Source: Ramazzottius varieornatus (taxonomy: Eukaryota > Animalia > Tardigrada). From it: a stretch of 64,000 nucleotides of DNA. Both the position numbers and the translations under genes were made by a program. Of this stretch, positions 56,995 to 64,000 are shown piece by piece (position 1 is the first letter of the stretch; the number at the start of each line of letters is the position of its first letter). Under the pieces are notes generated by a model that had not been told where the DNA came from, made no database searches, and saw only the letters and a list, made by a program, of their open reading frames with translations. The stretch is from the NCBI GenBank assembly GCA_001949185.1, contig BDGG01000001.1, forward strand, positions 3,895,624 through 3,959,623, given 5' to 3'.

Positions 56995-57699
56995 CGTAGC
57001 TTGGTTAACTATAAAGGCAAAGGTAGGTGAGTAAGAAAGCGACATAGGGCGACTGTTATCCACATAGTCGACTTGCGCAGGTGAACTCCCAGCTGGTGAA
57101 GACGACGTAACCAACTTACCCTGCGAAGCACCCAAGCATTCGAAGTAATCCCTGTAAGGAGCACGTACTCTCCCAAGGTTCCGCTCAGGAGAGGGTGATG
57201 CAGGTGTAAGTATGGAGGAGCAACCTTGAAGTGGGAAGATAGTACTGGTGCTACTGGATCAAGCGGAAAGATCACACGAAGAAAACCGAGACTGCGCATA
57301 CACTATGTGGGCGTGGAAGATAACTACAATTTTGAGGGGATCCCGGAGCGGGAACGAAAATTCAAGTGGTGGAAATGAACGACCACGTCCTCGCATAGCT
57401 TAGCCAAATTGTCGACCTGGTTCGAGTACTAGACAAGGCATTTCTGGTGGGCCGTAGGGGAAGCAACTCGCCTCGTTATTTTGCACTCCTCGGTCTATTC
57501 CCGGGGAAGGCGTCCGAAAACTTGGAAAGTTTTTCGGGACCAAAAGTCCGAACGTAAAGACGCCAGGAATGCCCAGGATGTTGTTGTCGTTTCCGCTCTA
57601 TCGTTCACTTTCTGTAACTTTTGTTTGTGAAATCTGAACGTTCTCGGTTCTGTGTTATAGGTACGGATCAGCAGGCGCGCTGGAAGACATTAGACCGCG

Positions 57700-58943
57700 A
57701 TGTCGCTCTACGATGGACTAGATGTGGATGTCAGTGACGGGGGGAAGAAGAGCTCGGAAACTTCGTCCGCAGCAATGCAGATCAAATTCTTGCAGTCCCA
57801 GCTTCTCCTAAAGAAAGCCGCTGTCGAGCAGTCCAAAGTCAAGCTGCTGAAACCTAGTTCCGTAACGAAGAACACCTCCCTGAAACCTGGCGCGCAACTT
57901 GGTGGTGTCTCGACCGGAAGTACGGAATTGGCATCGAAGGTAACTGTTAGTTACAAATGCAAAAAAACAAAGTGTTTTGTGTGTAGTGCAGATTTAGCAG
58001 TATAATTGTAGGATGTCCCGCCGTCGGAATCATTCGTGAAAATCGAGAATGAGTACGATCCACTATATCCAAACGATTACGAGAAAGTGAAGGCTATCCA
58101 TGCGGCGGAAGCTGCTTCCGCAGCCGCGTTAGTTAAAGCCAATCCCTTCCAGTCGACGTTCTCGAATACTCTCGGAGTTCGGAGTCAACTAATAGCACCG
58201 GAATATGATCCAGATTCAGGGTCCGAAGATGCACCAGGTCTGCGAGAAAACTCCGAACCAAGCACGTCGAGGCGTGGTGCAGCTTTTCCTCCTCCTTCAT
58301 TCCTGTCGTCCTCGACATCAAGTGGCACTTCAGGCGAAGGAGGCGGGTTCGCCCAGAAAGTCATGGCGAAATATGGCTTCAAAGAGGGTACTGGGCTTGG
58401 GAAAGATAACCAGGGCATCGCTAGTGCTTTACAAGTAAGAGAATGGGTCGAGTTTGAAGCTTCCCTGAGTTGAATTCGCATTGTTTTTCCGAGATTGAGA
58501 AGACAGGACTAAGGTTGGGAAAGATCATCAAAGAGCCACCGCCTGCTCCTTCATTTCAAGCTCCGACGTTCGTCGCACCTTCGGTCCTCCAAACTGTAGC
58601 TGCACCTCCTCCTCCCATGAAGTCGATTCCCGTAGATCTTCTCAAGAATCAGACGAAGGTGCTTCTTCTAAGGAACATGGTTGGACCAGGTGAGGTAGAT
58701 AATGACCTCGAACCGGAAGTGAAGGAGGAGTGCAAGAAGTACGGCGATGTGGTAAGCTGTGTTGTCTACGAGCTCCCAAACCGACCGGATGACGAAGCAG
58801 TGCGGATATTCGTCGAGTTCGGCAAGGTAGAGCAAGCAGTCAAAGCAGCTATCGATATGAGCGGAAGGTTCTTCGGTGGACGATGTGTTAAGACTGGGTT
58901 TTATAACTATGAACATTTCAAACAGTTCCGTCTGAGCGACTAA
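57700..58943 (+). CDS. RBM17: Splicing factor 45 (G-patch plus UHM)
   Basis: MSLYDGL, EYDPLYPNDYEKV, G-patch AQKVMAKYGFKEGTGLGKDNQGI, and UHM LLRNMVGPGEVD...RIFVEF...GRFFGGR. Confidence 0.96.
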
Positions 58944-59208
58944 TTTTCCGAGCATATTCTTTTACACTAAAGTTGCTCGGCTACTTTGGGTAGTTCTGCA
59001 GTCCGCCATTAACTTTTTGTACAGTACTTCGGTGAGCGTTCTGTAATATACAAACTGGGATTCCGGGAAGAACAAGAGCTGATACGAAAATGAACAGATT
59101 CATCGGACCGACCGGTTATTATTTCGGTACTAAACCGGATCGAAGACTTCGTAAGGAAAAACTTATTCGGTATTAATATCCAAATTTGGTTGCTGCACTT
59201 CGAACATC

Positions 59209-62200
59209 ATGTCGCACCTAAAAACTAGGATCGAAGGTCGATTTGTTCGTTTCAGGCAACTGCGTCAGAGGTTCCCCCACTTATCGGTCTTCCCGCATCC
59301 GGCGTATTGGGAACCATGGTTGAGTCCCAAGCACGGTCCTGCTCGTTATCAGCAAAGTCCTTACTTCTCACCAGGACTTGCTTTTCCCTATGTAACTCTC
59401 CGTGGAGAGGCCGCTCATAAAGCCACACATGTCCGTCATCCCCTCGGAGTCTTCCAGCTACGCCCATGGCGCTTCCAGTCGCCTCTGTTCAACTTGCATG
59501 TCAATCGCAGAATCCGACAAGGGCGTTACCACAATGTGTTCCATAAGAAGTCTGCTTCGGATGGGAATGTTGGTAGGAAGCCACCGAAACTATTCAGCAG
59601 TCTTCCCTCGAACATGATCGCCGATGCTATTGCACATCGACAAGATGAAAGAAATAACCGGTTGAAGAGCCATCTCTGGTCCAAGGCGTTGCCTGCGTCC
59701 GAGAACAAAAAGCGACTGGCAGTCCAGTCGAGGAAGGACGTGGAGAAGATCGAGGCCGCAAAGAGAGAAAAGTCTTCATGGAAAGGTAACAACTATGCCG
59801 TAGACTCTGTCACCAAAATTAATAACATTTTAATTGTTTCTATCATGTCGAGTTGTTCTACTTAGGTAATTCGCCGTCGCTGAACGATGTCAACTCCGAA
59901 GACGGCGGCAGCGAGCACCGCAAAGGCCCTAACACCGTACGGTCGTCTCGTTCCTCCAAACTAAGCGGCATAGCTTCAAAGACCAAGCCGGCTAAAAGTT
60001 CGCCGTTAGCTCGCTCTACTGCAGGTTCGCAGCTCAAGAAGACCCGCAAGTCTTTGCCGCAGACAGACTCCCGTTCCGAATGGGACAATTCGCCTATGCG
60101 AGATGAATCCGAGGAATCTTCTCCCGCTACAAACAGTCGGAAAGAACGTGAAGCACTGGAGGCCATAGCAAAACGAAAGAAGTACGAAAAGCAGCAGCTG
60201 AAGCAAGCTCTTTGTGCTGAACAAGACAGACGAAAAGCCGAAGAAGACTACTTGAAGAGACTGATGGCAAAAGCTATGAAGAAACCAGAAGCCCCACAGT
60301 CAGGTGTGATACTTCACCGCACCCGTAGTCAGAAGAGGCGCGCTTTGTACCGGAAGTATCGGAACAGGGAAACGCTGCTACCTGATGAGCAGATGCAGTT
60401 GAAGAAGGATCGTGAGAAGTCGAAAGACAAATCTGCACAGATGAAGTGCAGCTATAAAGGAAAAAGACTGTATCCTTATGGTAACTTCCCTCCCAGGTTC
60501 CAGAAGACCCCTGCAGCGGGCTCTAGATTTTACTGGGGACCTGATGGTCCGGACCTTCGGAACGATAGTAATAAGGACAAGCCGAACGTGTTTCATAGAC
60601 CTAGCGAACAGATACTATCCAGTGTAAGAGAAGATGGTGTGGCGAGTACCGTGTTCGAGTCAGAAGATTCATCAGACACGCCGGGGAAGAGGGCGGAACG
60701 TGTGAAAAATAAGCAACTGGCTGGAAAAGGACAACCGATATCGAAAGCTTTTCTAAACGTCCATGGGGGAAAAGAACCCCCAAAGATAGGTAATCCTCCT
60801 GATTTTAATTCGAGCTATTCATTGCACTATCGAAAGTCCAATACCCCGAAGTCTGAGAGTTAGAGGATTTTTACATTTGGACAGGTCACATCGCGGAATC
60901 GCACTCATCTTCTCCAACGAGAAACACAAAGCGGGACAACGCTGCACCGGTTGCTTTTTCCATCGCTCGGAGCAAGTATGGTTCAAGTATGACCGACCGC
61001 CAGAAAGAGACTTCCTCGGAACCCACAAACGCAAGCCAGTCCGACTTAACTTCAGCCACTGCGGAGAACCCACGGTATAAACAACGAAAAAAGCAAAAGA
61101 TCCGCTGCGCACCGAAGGACATTCCAAAGGACAGTATCCTTGCGGACCATGAGACGGAGAACATGACAGCTGAAGTCTTCGAAACCTTCATTGAAGCGCG
61201 TGAGAAACTCATGAGACTTCGGGAGAAGGCGTGGCAGCAGTCACTCCGGCGAGCCGAGAGAAAGAAAGCCGAAAGAATGGACCGAATAAAAGCTGACATG
61301 GCGGAACGAGAAACTCGCCTTCGAAAAGTCATCCACCCGGAAATTGAGAAGGTACATATTTTTCATATTGCTTTGTGTGTATTATTATTATTATTTATTT
61401 TCCGATTAAATATTCACTAGGTTGATATGAAGCGGACGAGTCATTTGTCCATACCTTCCCTTCCGGCCAAACATCCGGATAAGGATAGAGACAGTAGCAG
61501 AGGTAAAGCCTCTCACAGTACTCTGTCGGGTCCAAAGGAGAAAGAACCTCCTAAAGACTTGAAAGCGGAAACTATAAAGGAAGAACCATCGAAGCAAATA
61601 GGCGGGAATTTCTTCTTCCCAAAATCGAAGAATCGTCGAGAAGCTTTCCGGGCTTACGTGGCGAAGAACCTTCTTCGACTAAAAGCCCACCTGATATTTG
61701 GTCACCGATTATCATATAAAGCACGCACTGATGCGAAGCTGGATCGGTGGGGTCGTGCAGTGAGAACAGAGATACCGGTCTTTGATAACAAGAACCCGTA
61801 TTTGGTGGGAGTCATCAAGACGCTGATGCGTTCGAAGATGGGTTTCCGGTATAAATGGGAATCTCGAGCGGAAGAATTTATGAATAATTTCCCGTTCGTG
61901 GAATTCCAGACCTATAAGAAGTATCCTGTCACACGTATGACAAAACATGACCGGATCAAGCATTACATGCGTCTGAAGAAACTCTACCGCGGACAAACAC
62001 TTTTCAAGATGGCGACTCCGTAATTAATTAGAAACCTCGAAGAACCCGAAATTATATTTACTAACCTTTCCTCTTTGCAGGCTACGCTGGTACAAAAGCG
62101 TCAAGAAGAACTCACTAGAGGCTCCGTTCGACTTCGAGCTTCATTCTGATGCCGTGGAGAAGTTTCAGCGCTTGACGAAGCTTCAGAATAAGCAAGAAAG

Positions 62201-63886
62201 TAAGTGAAAGAATTCAATCCACGCGACAGATTTGACAATTGTTCTGATCAGGGTTGTTTTGTTCCAGAAAGTGAGGAACCCGGAGAGATGTTCCATCAGT
62301 TTGGTCTCTACGACATCGTGTGCTCTCACCTGAAGGTCGCTCCGTTTCGAACATTCCAGCAACAACTCGAACACGTCGTCGCCGGAAGTTTGACTACGAT
62401 TGACGTTAGCAAGCAAAACCTGACGGACGAACAAGTTCGACCCATCGCCATGTGCATAATGGTAAGAACGAAACCTTGGACACATAGCACCATCCAATGC
62501 TGAGCTTTACTTGTTTCACTGACTAATGGTTTTGGGTTTAGTTGAGTGAGTTGGTAAACAGTCTGGACATCAGCGGGAACTTGATCAGTCCAACTGGCGC
62601 AAACTACATAGCAGGAATTTGCGGACACACGGGACATCTTACCGAGCTAGTGAGTCTTAAGATCCCGTCAAGTTCGGGAATTGTAGTTGGGTGGCTTCGC
62701 GATGTTCTCGCTACTACATTATCGTTAAGGCCGCTTTCTAGAATGCGTCGGACCAAAACTTCGGACCTAATGCGGTGGAGATCCTCTTTCAGTGTCTCAA
62801 GCGACCTTACTGCAAGATGCAAAAGCTGTACCTCAACAACTGCGGCATCGGATCGGAGTGCGCACAGCTTATTGCCGGCATAATTATGGTAAGTAATTTC
62901 TCTTCCTACGTCAAACACGACGTTCATCCCACGATTACTAACATCGTTTTGTTCGTAATGTACAGCAAAACAGAAGCCTCATAGTACTGGAGATCGCAAG
63001 CAACAACTTGGCCAACGTGGGACACAACGACATGTTCGGTCTGGCCATCGGTGAGTCGAAGACTTTCAACAGAGGAGTTTAAAGAAAGACCTTTCAGAAT
63101 TTTGTTTTGATCATAGCCGAGAACCCACTTCTGAAAGAGCTGAACATGGCGCATAATGGTTTTGGTCAAAAAGCGTCTTTCCTCATCTTCACTGGAGCAA
63201 AGGTGACCGTAGTCTTCTTACGTACGAAATATCTTTGAGGGTAATGATTAACCTTTGTGGTTTTCAGGCAAACAGCTCTTTGGAGGTCTTGCGATTCGAT
63301 AACAACCATGTAGGCGAAGAAGGATGCAAGGCGATCGCCGGTATGATAGAAGGCTCTGATCGACTGCAGGAACTGTACCTCGAACATTGTGCGATCAATG
63401 ACATCGGCGCCAAAAAGATAGGGAGTGGCATCGAGAAAAGCACAGCCGGAACTCTTGAGAAGCTGGTGGTACGTATCGGGTCTCAAACTGGATTCTTCCC
63501 TATCGATGGGCGTGATTTGACGTTATTGCTCTTGTTGTAGCTTCGGAACAACCCAATGGGCGGCGACGGTGCGAACTTCATACTGAAAGCGGCTGCCGCA
63601 AAGGACAAATTGAGACACGTGGACTTGTCGGTAAAGAGCTTTAATTTCACAGTGGTACTTGAATCAAGAAGTAAATCTGGTATTTTAGCTGTGTCCTGTA
63701 CACACAAAGTTCGTGGATGCTGCTCGGAAAATGATGACAGAGAGAGCTGAAATGTTTATCGACCATACAGGTGACGGTCTCATGAAAGCGTCGTTACCGA
63801 AGTACGAAATTGATATGGAAGCACTAGCGGAAAAGAAAGCCAAAGCTGAAGCTGCCAAAAAGAAAAAGAAAAAGTCAAGAAGCTGA
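59209..63886 (+). CDS. LRRC74-like RI-type leucine-rich repeat protein with a very long Lys/Arg-rich N-terminal region (may be two genes)
   Basis: GT-AG junctions chain from 59209 to the stop at 63884-63886. The C-terminal part has LYDIVCSHLKVAP, then LDISGNLISPTGA, LYLNNCGIG, LEIASNNL, LNMAHNGFG, LRFDNNHVGEEG, LYLEHCAINDIGA and LRNNPMGGDG, ending KKKKKKSRS*. Confidence 0.65.
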
Positions 63887-64000
63887 TAACGTGGGCTTCT
63901 CTCTTGGCTTCAAGTTGTGGTTTTGCCGTACACGCCGGGCTGTAGCTCTAACTGTAACTAAGATTTTTCATGACTGAAACTGATAAAATCTAGAAATTCT

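Overview
This is eukaryotic, animal genomic DNA: gene-dense, with near-balanced GC and mostly short (about 55-110 nt) GT-AG introns, which is why the ORF track breaks genes into pieces. The compactness suggests a small-genome invertebrate such as a tardigrade, but that is inference only. About 18 host genes can be assembled by hand. In order: two tandem paralogs sharing a probable hemopexin-like C-terminal domain (the complete one carries a catalytically dead astacin domain and a Thr-rich stalk), a secreted furin-site protein, a ~10-MAM-domain type I membrane protein, an ENPP, a tetraspanin, an FN3-type receptor tyrosine kinase, RPL37, MARK/PAR-1, mRpS15, PIGG, FBXO7-like, mRpS24, a syntaxin-6 3' part, TSFM, COX4, RBM17/SPF45 and an LRRC74-like protein with a very long basic N-terminus. 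A transposon-rich zone at 41-50 kb holds a decayed LINE ORF1-like remnant, a Tc4/Tc5-like pogo-superfamily element with ~150-bp TIRs, and a hAT element with a perfect 8-bp TSD; both DNA transposases contain introns. The most notable signals are (1) the astacin-pseudoprotease/hemopexin-like family with an MMP-like layout, (2) a structured RNA candidate in RPL37 intron 3, (3) a syntaxin-6 lacking its N-terminal exons, with orphan exons upstream, and (4) a cluster of mitochondrial genes. All exon boundaries and family calls were made by eye, without database searches.
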